Source of the DNA: Camelus dromedarius
Lineage: Eukaryota
NCBI RefSeq assembly: GCF_036321535.1
Contig: NC_087436.1
Location: 67,768,001-67,832,000 of the forward strand
Reading direction: 5' to 3'
Length of the DNA stretch: 64,000 bases
Made by a program: the position numbers and the translations under genes. The notes under the pieces were generated by a model. It was not told the DNA's origin and searched no databases. It saw only the letters and a list, made by a program, of their open reading frames with translations. Every line of letters starts with the position of its first letter. Position 1 is the first letter of the stretch. This document shows positions 52,811 to 64,000 of this stretch, piece after piece.

Positions 52811-52867
52811 TGTTTGTATATGTACACACATATGCATACACACATACATACATATATATGTGTATAT
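52811..52867. repeat. Mixed (TA/CA) microsatellite
   Basis: Directly visible. Confidence 0.7.
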
Positions 52868-54193
52868 TCTCATTTGGACCATTGCTGAAAGTGCTCAGTC
52901 ATTTTACCTGTTGAAATGTTTAACCATAAGTTTCAAAGGTGATAATTTGGAGAAAGCATACTTGCCTGAGACATTAGTTCTGGTTCTGTTGCCAGTTACC
53001 TATAACCTTAATTAATCTGTATAACTAAAGAAGTTTTAGATTTCTACCTATGAAACTTAATTAATGATAGTTTTTAAGATCCATTTTATGTATCACATTG
53101 TGTTCTCCTCTCCGAGTTTTACTTTAAGTAGTCTCAAAAAATTGATGTCTACATTCAAAGCTGCCTTCATACTTCGAAGCAGAATCAGTATATATGAATG
53201 TTTTCAAACTTACGGTCACCCTTCTTAATCATCCATTTTAAGGAAGCCTTCAGAAGTGATGACAGATGATACTGCCTTTTATATTTATTGGATATAAAGT
53301 TGGAGCCTACATTAAATGCACTTAATGGCATTAATGCATGCATAGCATTTTTTCCATGTGTCACATATAATTTTTCTGCAGTGGATGATATACACAGCAA
53401 CTAAAAATATAAACCACCTGTTGTTCCAATTTTCACTGCTGAGTGTACCACATTGTTTAGCTTTTTCTGCAGTGTGCTGTGTGTGTCAATATTGATTTCA
53501 TAAAAAGTAATAAAGGATCCTGTCAAAATAAAATTAAAACCTAAGGCAATTTACGTTGCTGAAGGGGGTCAGCTTTAATAACCATCACCATCTTACCAGA
53601 ACCGCTGTGAAATTTCATTAACACTGTATTCTAGTCACATATCAGCTAGGTTTACAATTACCACTTGATTATATGTCTGTATAGAACGTTAGGCCCACGT
53701 CTCCTTTCTGTGCCCTGTATCGTTTGGTGCATAGGGTTTCTTTTCAATTCAGTGGAAACTCTAATCAAAGAGAGAAAATGATAATAAAGAAAAGGCTGGT
53801 ATTGAAACTATTCCTCAATTCTGCACAGAAGTAGTGAACACATTGTAATTTTAGGACATTTGGCACTTTAATCTATTCACCCTTTTTGAGTTAGATATTT
53901 ATTTTGATATCAAAACAGAGTGACTGCATGTGTAAATGTAAAAAAAAAAAAAAAAAAAAAGCAAGACTTTCGGAGACTCAGGGCTATGTACCAGAAGAAC
54001 ATGTAACTGCCTTTTTTCCTAGCTCTGAGATGAAGAATATTCTCATCTCCACCTTTTATTTATCAATACATGTGGACCCATCCAATGCATTAGAAAATAA
54101 ACCTAGAATGGGCATAAAACTACAAAGGCACTGAAATGGTGAGAAATTTAAACATAGCTACCCTCTCACTCAATAGGTTGATATTTCTATGTA

Positions 54194-54406
54194 CAGCTGA
54201 CACTTGGAAAACTTGAAGACTGGGGCACTGACCCTCTATGAAGTCTTAAATCCACATATAGTCAGCCTTCCATATCTAAGTTTCTCCCACATCTGTGGAT
54301 TCAACCAAATAAGGATTGTGTAGTATCATAGTATTTTCCATAAAAAAAACCCACACATACATGTAAGTGGACCCACTTTAAACCCATGTTGTTCAAGGGT
54401 CAACTG
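54194..54406 (+). mobile_element. MER8/Tigger2-derived MITE
   Basis: TIRs cagctgacacttggaaaac / gttgttcaagggtcaactg with TA on both sides; internal gtggattcaacc and gtaagtggaccc. Confidence 0.88.
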
Positions 54407-55189
54407 TAATTCTTTTCACCTATACAATGGAGACTTTTAATGTTAAATTTTGAGTGAAACTGGTTTATAAGTTGTTGTTTTATGCTTCAGTTAGTATCTT
54501 CTTGTATGATATCCAACACAACATTGAATGCATCTCAGTAATAAATGATGTATTGAGGTGAGGTTCCAGTATATTTACATGTTCATGTATTTGAAAGGCA
54601 AGCCACAGATTATCTTATAAATTATGTAGTCCATAGTTCCCTGGGCTACAGGGAGGGACATTGAGAGGTAAATTTAAAAGTAAGAGTAGACATCTATCAA
54701 TCACTAAGGCCTGTGACCCACAGGCTTTGGATACAGACCAGTACTGAATCCAATCCTGACCAATCCGACCAAGTGGGCAGTATGTTAGAAGGCCATATTC
54801 ACCAATGGGTAATTTGGGTAATCATGTAGTATTAAACCAATGCCTAGTGTCCATCAGACCTCACAAAATCTCTGAGGAACAATGTTTCTCATTAATCCTG
54901 TCTTAAATCTCATTCAGTTGTTCATTTATGCTCCAGTATTTTCTTCATGTCTGGGATCCTGCATTGAAACCTCATGCTCAGGTTTAAGCCCTTCTCAGCC
55001 CTGGTCTGGCAGGTTGAGCCCTAATCCTACTTAATCTCTTCTGCTTCCATTGCAGGTCAGTTACAAGCAATTAAATCACCTTCCTTTGGTCCTAGAGCCA
55101 TTTGGCTCCATCTGCCTTGTAATTACTACCTTTGCTACATACATATTATTCTTTCAGTATATTGACTAAAAGCTGTATATTCTAAGTAA

Positions 55190-55417
55190 AATAGATCTTG
55201 TTTCATATCTAGGCCCTGTCTTCTGTTACCTGTAGATAAGTATATTTATCAGATCCCCTGTTTTCTTATTTAAAAAGGGATAATAATCATTTCTATTAAA
55301 AAAGGGGATAATAATCATTTCTATCTCATAAGAGTTTTGCAACAATTTGAATAACATTCCTAAATACTTAGAATATCATACTACGTGGTAAATGTTTCAT
55401 AAATGAAAGAAATATTA
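55190..55417 (+). mobile_element. MIR SINE with an internal ~27-bp tandem duplication
   Basis: ctgttttcttatttaaaaagggataataatc...ctcataagagtt...cgtggtaaatgtttcataaatg. Confidence 0.7.
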
Positions 55418-56299
55418 ACTATGTTCTCTTATCGAAACAGACTTGTAGCCTATTAGAACTATTTCAGATTAATGTAGAAGTTTAATATCTCCTTGAATAT
55501 TGTAAAGTAAATGAGCACACCTTCTTTGCAGTGCTGGCTCTGTAGCTGGACCCAACTGTCTTCCTTCATCCATTAGAGCTGACAGTCACAAGAATTAGGG
55601 TACTCTCTTTTCCTAAGACTCTAACTCAAACATTTTCATGGTGGCTCCACTGAGGAAATATCTATTCCATGGCTTAACATCTGCAGTCACCAAGAGCTCC
55701 CTCTGTCACTTCTACCATTTTAATATGGAAAAATAAATGGAAGCATAAATACTGATCTTTTGCTTCACCCAACCACCAATGCTGTGTACAGCAGAGCTCA
55801 ACATGAACACAGATCTCCAAATTATTAAAATTATTGGATTAAGTTTTCTAAAGGATAAATTTATCTTTTCAGTTTTGTTATCTTTCAGTTTCAGTATCTT
55901 CTCAACAAATAGCATGCTGGGCAGTGGGCTGGCTTCAATTTGAATAGTACCATTTTGGTGTCACAAGCACAGAACTCTCACCTTGGCCTTCTCTAGTATG
56001 AGGCAGCCAGTGCCCAAATCAGAGTCTGAGTACTGCTACAGTCTTGTTTCAAGTGGATCCCTCATCTAGCAATAAGGCCAGCAGATCCTTCTGAAAAAAT
56101 AAGGTTCTTGGTGGTCCATCCAAAGTATTACAGAAATTATGAGTTGGGCATAAATTAAGGAATACCCTGGACCTTCATTAACAGTTCTACTTTTGGAATG
56201 AAATCTCTGTATTCCCAATATTTGAATTACCTGGTTCTCTTTCCAATCTGTCTCAGAATAAGATGCTATTTCTTTACAAGAAATGGAAAGTGTGAAAAT

Positions 56300-56520
56300 A
56301 AACTGCATGTGATAAAATCTTGGATCTATTATTTATTAGTTGGGTCAACTTGCGTGAGCTGCTTAGCCTGTCTGAGCCTAAATCACCTAATTATCAAAAT
56401 AGGGATAAAATGCTGTGGCCATTTTATGACATAATGGTGTAAATTACTTGGTCCTAAACCTGAAATATAGGAAGTAACCAATAAATACAGAGTAGTAGTA
56501 TAATTTTTATGATTATTATT
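56300..56520 (+). mobile_element. MIR SINE
   Basis: acttgcgtgagctgcttagcctgtctgagcct...tatcaaaatagggataa. Confidence 0.7.
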
Positions 56521-57239
56521 ACTGTTATTACTACCTATGGCTTCGTTCAGGATATGTCCCAAGAAACTTGATTCACTGCTAAGCCAAATCCTGCACTAAA
56601 AGTTAATACCCTAAACTTTTTCTTGTTTATGAGAAAATAAAGAGTTGTTGACACATTATCTCCAATTTTATTTCCCACCTATATTTCAGCACAAATATCC
56701 TATCTTCTACTCCTAAATTGTTCCAAATTAAATTAATTTGTTTAGTCCTTATCCCATTTGAGATACCTTACCCTGTACAGACCGTTTTTAATATAAATGA
56801 GTGACTGTGGGTCCCATCCTTGGAATGGGTGGCTCAGAACTCACTTTGAAATGTGTTACTGACCAGCTAACTCCTCTGGTTTTAAGACTGCGAAGACATT
56901 ATAAATAAAGTAGTTCTCTTTTGTAACGTCTCATTAACCAAGCCAGGGTTTTGTCACAAATAATTTCTCTATACTTTAGTGTCACATAAACTGATTGGGC
57001 CACAGAAAAATCTATTGACGCCTTTAAGAACAAGTTCGGAGGCTGCCTTGGCAATCTTTTCCTTGCCTTAGACCCATGTCCCAGACTGGCTTCCAATAGT
57101 ATTAAAAAGAAAGGCAACTTATACCCTTTTGAATACACCAGACTTTTAGGAAGGAAGATGTGGAAGGGAATATTCAAAACAGATTACTCACTTATAAGAA
57201 AGCACTACCTGTTTATTCCAGCTATACTTTACAAAGCCA

Positions 57240-57580
57240 TCCTGCTAACACAGTGAGAGCTCTCATTTATCTAAGTCTTTGTTTGCACAGCTTTGGGGAA
57301 TTGCTTCCTCTACTGTTTTACTGTCTGGAGATACACTACTCATTCTTCAGGACTCAGAAAAATATATGTCTATATTTTTCTTAAAAGAAACAACTCTTTT
57401 CCTAAAATGTAACCCAACAGTATGTCATGCATATTTATTTTGCCATACTTATTCTATTCTTGTATTATAGTTGTTTAACCATCTTTTCCTTATAGACAGA
57501 TTCTTGAGACTGCAGATTGTATATAGTACCTCTTTGTTTCCCCATTTCCCATCACACTGTCTAGCATGTCACAAGTTTTT
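57240..57580 (+). mobile_element. L2 3' fragment
   Basis: ctactcattcttcaggactcag...tagacagattcttgagactgcagattgt...cacactgtctagca. Confidence 0.6.
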
Positions 57581-59439
57581 ATTGCAAAATTTGGATATTT
57601 CTATCATTTCTTGAATATATAATAAAATATTGAGTGATTTTATTGTTTTACTCTAAAATGTAATGATCATTGAATATAGTGAGATAACTTGAATGTAAGT
57701 TAGTTTATTATACTTTAAGTAGGTTCTTTTAACTTTTACTAGTCTTTTTAGTTCAACACATGACTACATGCTGACCATTCATGATGCTCATTCTGAGTCA
57801 TTAAAGTTTAACAGAGAAAAATCCATTGCTTTTCATTGTTTTTACACTAGAGAAACCAGTTCCTTAAGTAGATGGACAGTGGCTAAGGCATAATACCAAT
57901 ATTGGCAGTTCACTATGCTCTGGAGACTGAGTCAGCAGACAAGTACTCCCAAATGCCCTCGTTCTTATTGCAGAAGAAATAAGCTATAGGGGACTCCTGA
58001 TTGTGAACAATTCTAGTGTACTAGAGAAAGACTGTGGTTGTTAGTGAGCATATTTTATTGAAAACAATCATTATGTTGAATGAGGCATTCTTCTTCAGAA
58101 AGCTGAATCAGATATTAGTGTTTGGTAAAGACTTTTTCGAAGTCAAATAAAAAGCAATCTATAAAAATAATCTGTTTTTGTTTATGATTTATAAAATCAT
58201 CTATTTCTGAAAGAATCCCCAAAATTGATTTAATCCTTTGCTTCAGATACCTTCTGCAACACTCTTGTAGTTCTCAAATGCTTTATCTTAGACTCATTTA
58301 CTTCCACCATGTAGTATTTATTACATTCCTACTATATGATAAACAAATTTGTAATGCATTATAGAGGCAGTAGGATGAAGTATAAAATAAAATTACTGCT
58401 TCTGAGATTTCTCAATAGTGGAAAAATATATAAATGTGCAAAATAAAGTAAATGCAATGTGATTAAGTGCTTAATAATGGGGAAAATTATAGGTGTAAAG
58501 AGATTGAACATCAAGTAAACAAAGACTTCAATAATAAAGTCAAAGTTTAGCTGGAAACGAAAAGAATAACTTAAATAAACTAGGGAAGTATGAGGAATAC
58601 CTTGCATATAACCATAAAATATTTTAATCATCTAGTGAACACAGTATATTCAAAGAAAAATTAATTTATCTTGCCACTAGAAAAGTAGAATACATTATAA
58701 TATAGGTAACTAGTAGAATTTTAACTTTTGGCAATGTAAAATTTGTTTCAATTAACTTTGTTTCAATTAACTTAACTAAGAAAAATCTCACATGATCTCC
58801 ATATGACAGAGATCTTCTATATCCTTTATTATAAAATTTCTACCATCATCCACTTCCTTGTCATGCCAACAATTCCTCTTAAAGAAAACTGCTTCTCCCA
58901 GAGCCCTGCTGCAGGATGCAGCCTTAAGCAACTAGACTCTGAATAATATCCAGTGAATCTTCTTTATACCACCTACCTTCTTCCTAATTACAATTTATGT
59001 CAGCAAAGAAGAACATTTGATCCAAGGGCAGCTAACACAGATTTATGCCTTGGATTGCTATAATAAGGTGCAACAAGGATTTTGGTTACACTGAAAAAAT
59101 CATGTTTCACCTCTACAAAGTCTAAGAAGAAGAATCTGCCAGTATTTATAAATAAAAGAATTAAACAGATAAAGACAACTAGGAAATGTAGTTGGGTTGA
59201 AATATGGCACAGCATCTAATTGAATCACCACGTATTTCTGGTGCTGGGTCTCTGGAACTGACTTGGTTTGTAAATGATGTTTCTTATTCCACAATGAGTT
59301 CTTCCCATATGAGAGTTTCTATACTTGGATTTCCTTGAGCTTGCACTTTGTTTCCCAAGTGTATATATATACACCCTCACCCCTTAACCTAACCTGGCTT
59401 TATGATGTCTGTTTATTACATTCCAAGAGTTTACTAAAG

Positions 59440-59585
59440 CATGCACTAGGGGTCCCTGAAGGCATCTGCAAGGGCATTTGTATATGGTTTTCCCTCTGCT
59501 TGAAATACTTTCTACTTCCCTCATCTTACCTCCAATTAGCTAACAGGCATTTATCTTTATAGAATTAGTTCAGAGGCACATTTCA
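59440..59585 (+). mobile_element. L2 fragment
   Basis: agggcatttgtatatggttttccctctgcttgaaatact. Confidence 0.5.
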
Positions 59586-62557
59586 TGCCTTCAAGCATTT
59601 AAAGATATGAAAGCTGAGAAGTTTTAACACATGACATACAATTTTCTATGACTGTCTGGAAAGAATTACTTTGATCTAGAAGATTTTGAGTGAAAGGAAT
59701 AATTAATACCAATATAAATAAACATTAGAATAATTTATATCATGGAGTTATTAAATAAGTATAGATGGATTACATACATTGTTGAAAAAACTAGAATAAA
59801 TTCAGTGATAAGAGTTAGTGCCAAGATCATATATGATGATGTTATTTTGAGTTAACTGAGTGCTCACTAAGTTATCACTACACATTAACGTTCTGTTAGA
59901 ATGTATAAAGATGTAAGCTAGATTTATGACAGTAGAAGTGTAGATAAAATTCACTGGATTCTCTCAGATTATGTAAACATCTTTCACTCATTTCTAAATG
60001 GTTCTGAAAATAGTATATTTCTGAATTATAGTCTTAAACTATGCATCTGTAAGAATTTTATGAAAATATCAATGGGAGTTAAGCTGTTTTGCAGCTAAAG
60101 TATTCATTTTATACAGCAAAAGACATTATTTTACATTTTAATAAAAAATGCCTTTAAAGTCAATTTTTTTTATGCTCTATACGGGGAATTTTGTGGTGTC
60201 TGGAGTTTTTTCTCTAAAGTTAAAAAAAACTAAAGTGCTGAACAGTGAAGTTAATATGTGTTTAAAATTCCTTAACTGTTCAGCCTCTACAAATTCTCTC
60301 CAAAGCCTCCTTCATCTAACCCTGTCTCATATTTCATTGCGATGCTTGCCAATCAGTTACAGTCTTTGGCCCCATGTCACTTTCATCCCATTGGATGACT
60401 GTCATGGGAGCTGCCCAATGGTGCGCCTCTAATGAGGCAGCTTAAAGAGCAGCTGGGGATGTGCAATTGCTGGATTAGGGTCAAGGCCAAGAGAGAAAAT
60501 GGATGAGAGAGATAGAGTCTGAATGACTGCCAATAAGCAGGGGTTCTATTATCCTGCTAAAGCAGGACATTCGTTACCATCTATTGTAACATAATTTGGG
60601 TTTAGTCAAGCTGTCTCTCCCTCTCGTTCGATTTACAATTCATAAACCACAAATGGTCCAAAGGGTGCATTGTCCCTTGTGGCCATGTAACCCTGGGTGA
60701 GGGAGAAACATGGCAGAGATGAATGAGCTATGAAATCCCTAATGTAAGTATCATCAGGGCTGACACCTTGCTCCTTGGAGCTCTGACATAAGTTGTAGGC
60801 ACATTGCCAAAATAGTTTTGCATCTCTCTGGAGCCAGTTTGCTCATTAAGCAAAGATAAAATTAAAAGTCCTCATTTATCCTTTACAGAAATCAAATCCT
60901 AATGCTAACAGCTGATATTTCCATACTAATTTCCTCTAGTAAGATTACTGCACAGGAACAGAAGTTTGTTTTTCCATAAAGATACAAACACTTAGTTTTT
61001 TCAGACTGAGTTCTTCCAGGTGCCAAGTGTTCTATTTTTCAGTTGGTTTGTGTTGTTTCTACACATGAAAAATGACATGCATAAAACTCTCATATTTTTT
61101 TCCTTTAATCACAAAGCTTCCCTTTAAACAGAATAAATGTTCCTCTCCCTCTTCTTTCTCCTCTCTTCTTGGGCCCCTACTGATCTATTTCAATTATACT
61201 ACTTACTACCATTTGGATTCAACACTAAAGCCCACCTGCCATCTGAACTAATGGGACCACAGTGTTATTGTCTATGTGCTGTCCACAGTCAGGAAGGCAA
61301 ATGAACTTGATAAAAAGAGAGCAAGTACAGTAATTCAGAGCAAATTAGCCAAGGCATAGCGAATATAATCAATTATTGCAGTAAAGTAAGGAAAATGAAG
61401 TTCTTTGCCTGATTGATACTGAGATGCTGGTTACCACAGTCAGTAGCAGGTGGACACCACAGATCATCCTCTACCCCTACCAGAAGGTCGCTTCTGTAAC
61501 TCAGATTCATATACTTGAAATACAACTGTAGTCCTTATGGATCTTTTAAATATGGCTTTAACATAAGGGATTTTTCAATTGTTCTTGCATTTTCTGGAAT
61601 GTGTAAGATTCAATCAACCCTGGCTTTCTTTCCTCAGGAGCTGAAGTTTCATCTTATATGTATGATGGTTTCATATGCCACTGTGTCATGTAGATTTGCT
61701 ATAACTTATTATTTCCATGTATGCTTCATAGAAAGATTGTCTTACTATGTTTAAAATTTTGGTGTTTTGACCTTAAATGCTCACCAGCACAGGTATTTCA
61801 AAGTGCCTACACAAAGAGTAGTAAACAGCCCATAAGCAAAATCTGCTGCTGATTCTTCCAGAGAATCACTTTATAAATGTGTTTATACATTTCAAAATAC
61901 ATATTGTTTTTGTAATTCTTAGAAACAGAATTGTCTCTTAATGGATTCAGGTCATTTAATGTTATAGTTCAACATATTATCATAATGATAATTCTGATAC
62001 CTAGCAATAAAAAAGCCACATTCTGATCAACAGTATCTGCAAACTCTTAACATAGCCATTTTTCCTGAAGGCATAAAGTGCTAAAAACTGATTTTTTTGT
62101 GTGTGTGGAAACACATTAATGTTTGTGGTAATTTAAGACAATTGATTAGTTGTAGCTGTTTTCTTTTACTGAAGATAATGTGGTTTATCTGTGGAGATTG
62201 GTCTAAGTTATTTCTGATGCTAATACAGCCTATGAGAATGCATGTGTTAGGTAGATTTTTTGAGGATGTGAATGTCAGGTACTCAGATCTATGAAATCTA
62301 ATCTTTAACATATTGAATGATACACATGACCTTAAATAGTAATAGGCCTATATTTTTAAAATTATATCACATTCATAAAGATTGCTTTACTGAGTTACAG
62401 TTCCCATTCCCGCCCTTATTCGTGTTTAGCTATTTAACAAATGTGAAGTCTATGAGTTAAAGGCTAGAGATACCGTATTCTCAGGAAATACTTGCCAAAA
62501 TAATTGAATATAAATAAAAAGAAATGGAGGAAGTGAGGGCAGGAAGAAGAATTTTCT

Positions 62558-62582
62558 TTATATATATATATATATATATATA
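62558..62582. repeat. (TA)n microsatellite
   Basis: Perfect TA run. Confidence 0.9.
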
Positions 62583-63115
62583 GCTGTCAGTAAATTTTAA
62601 GAATTCTGCCCCTGCAAGATTTTTGGGGGGGAGAGGAAATTATTGGTAAAGAGTACAGAAATTTAAAGATACATGATAGATCTAGTCTTAATTACTCGGT
62701 GTAATGAAGATGGTGAGGAAATTCTGGTTCCCTGGGGTTAAGGTCTTTGGGAAGGACAAAAGTGCCAATGTTGGATTGTATAAACCTTTCTTAGAGCAAA
62801 GATTGAGAGATGGGCTTGGGTAAGAGGTAAGCAGAATTTTTAAATATGATTCTTCCATAGGACGTTTTAAGGTTTTCACTACAGTTACAAAAATCATGAT
62901 ATGCCTAGTAAATATATAGACTGAGTGATGGGGCTGAATTCAGCAAAGGGCAAAAAACAATATCAGCTTCTAGATGAGAAGACAAATGAGTTACAACCAT
63001 AGCTCTCAGCACAGTAACTGGCTCAAAGACATGACGTGTCCTTAAAATGGCACCAAGACACTTAATACTTGGTCTGTGGCTGCTCACAGGCTGGCCGCAT
63101 ACCATTATATTTTTG

Positions 63116-63324
63116 TAATAATAACAGCTCTTACTTAGTTTTTACTGTAAGACAGGTTGTGAACTAAGTGAAGAAAGTATTTTCTTATTTTTTCCCCCAA
63201 AGAGAAAATGAATGCTTAGAGCTTAAGTAATTTGCTTTAAATCACCCAGCTATTAAGTTGTGAAGTTGAAATTCAAATTTAGGCCTATCTGGCTCCACAG
63301 CCCATGCTCTTTACCACTGAACTA
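63116..63324 (-). mobile_element. MIR SINE
   Basis: gagaaaatgaatgcttagagcttaagtaatttgc...tcacccagcta...attcaaatttaggcctatctggctccacagcccatgctctttaccact. Confidence 0.8.
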
Positions 63325-64000
63325 GTTTAGTAAGGACGGAAATGTTAATGTGCTCCCCTAAGCATTGCATTTCTGCCAGAGAATGACTTTAATACCAAGA
63401 GAGAACTGGTCTTTTGGAATGAAGCCCTAAGGGGTAAAGAACAAATAGAAACTTTGAAATAAACAGAATGATGATCATGTCTATAGAAGAATGTTTTAAT
63501 ATTCTTATTCTTTCACCTAATATGTTTATCCACTTAAGTTTCTAGAAAAGTTACAGTACTACTCAGTGGGCTTCTGGAAAATAAGTTTATTAATTTAACA
63601 TGTTTAAAATGACCTAACATCCCATTTTCCAACCCTTCCCTTCACTTATTTCTGGTGGTCAAGGAATAAATAAATGGGAAAAATACTTTCTAAAACAGTG
63701 TAGAATCTTCTAGAAGTTAATGGTAAAGTTTCTCCAGCCTCTGTGATTATTTATCAAGCATCTCATTTGAAACTTACTAGAATAGGCAGATATAGATATG
63801 AATCAAATTTTTTTTCTTAAAATGTTTAATTTAATATTAGGGTTTAGAGGATACTTAATGGTTTAGGAAAGTATATATGTCAACCCACATACCCTTATCT
63901 CTACCACCATTCCACCTCCACACTCAGGCATAAAATGACCATTTTTGTAGGTAAATGCAAATGTTTGTATTCTTAAGATAGCTATATGTGAGTAGAAAAT

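Overview
Mammalian, AT-rich, gene-poor genomic DNA. It is most likely camelid (alpaca/camel): the young L1 3' ends are of the camelid type and I see no Alu, BovB/Bov-tA, PRE-1 or Can-SINE copies. I can support no intact protein-coding gene, RNA gene or CRISPR array. The ORFs in the track are decayed L1 pieces or chance ORFs. The window is a layered transposable-element landscape: old L2, MIR, MaLR/ERVL LTRs and hAT/Tigger DNA elements; two large decayed L1s; several short young L1 3' ends; and three ERV solo LTRs. Repeat-poor stretches lie between them. The most notable structures are a ~128-bp near-identical non-tandem duplication 2 kb apart carrying a consensus splice donor, a 5'-inverted (twin-primed) L1 with target-site duplication (TSD), a triple-nested L2>MLT1>ERV1 insertion, a CpG-retaining solo LTR, an orphan L1 5'UTR, and a few candidate micro-exons. 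I found no convincing novel biological system. Family names come from recall of consensus sequences, not from a database search, and boundaries without a TSD are approximate.
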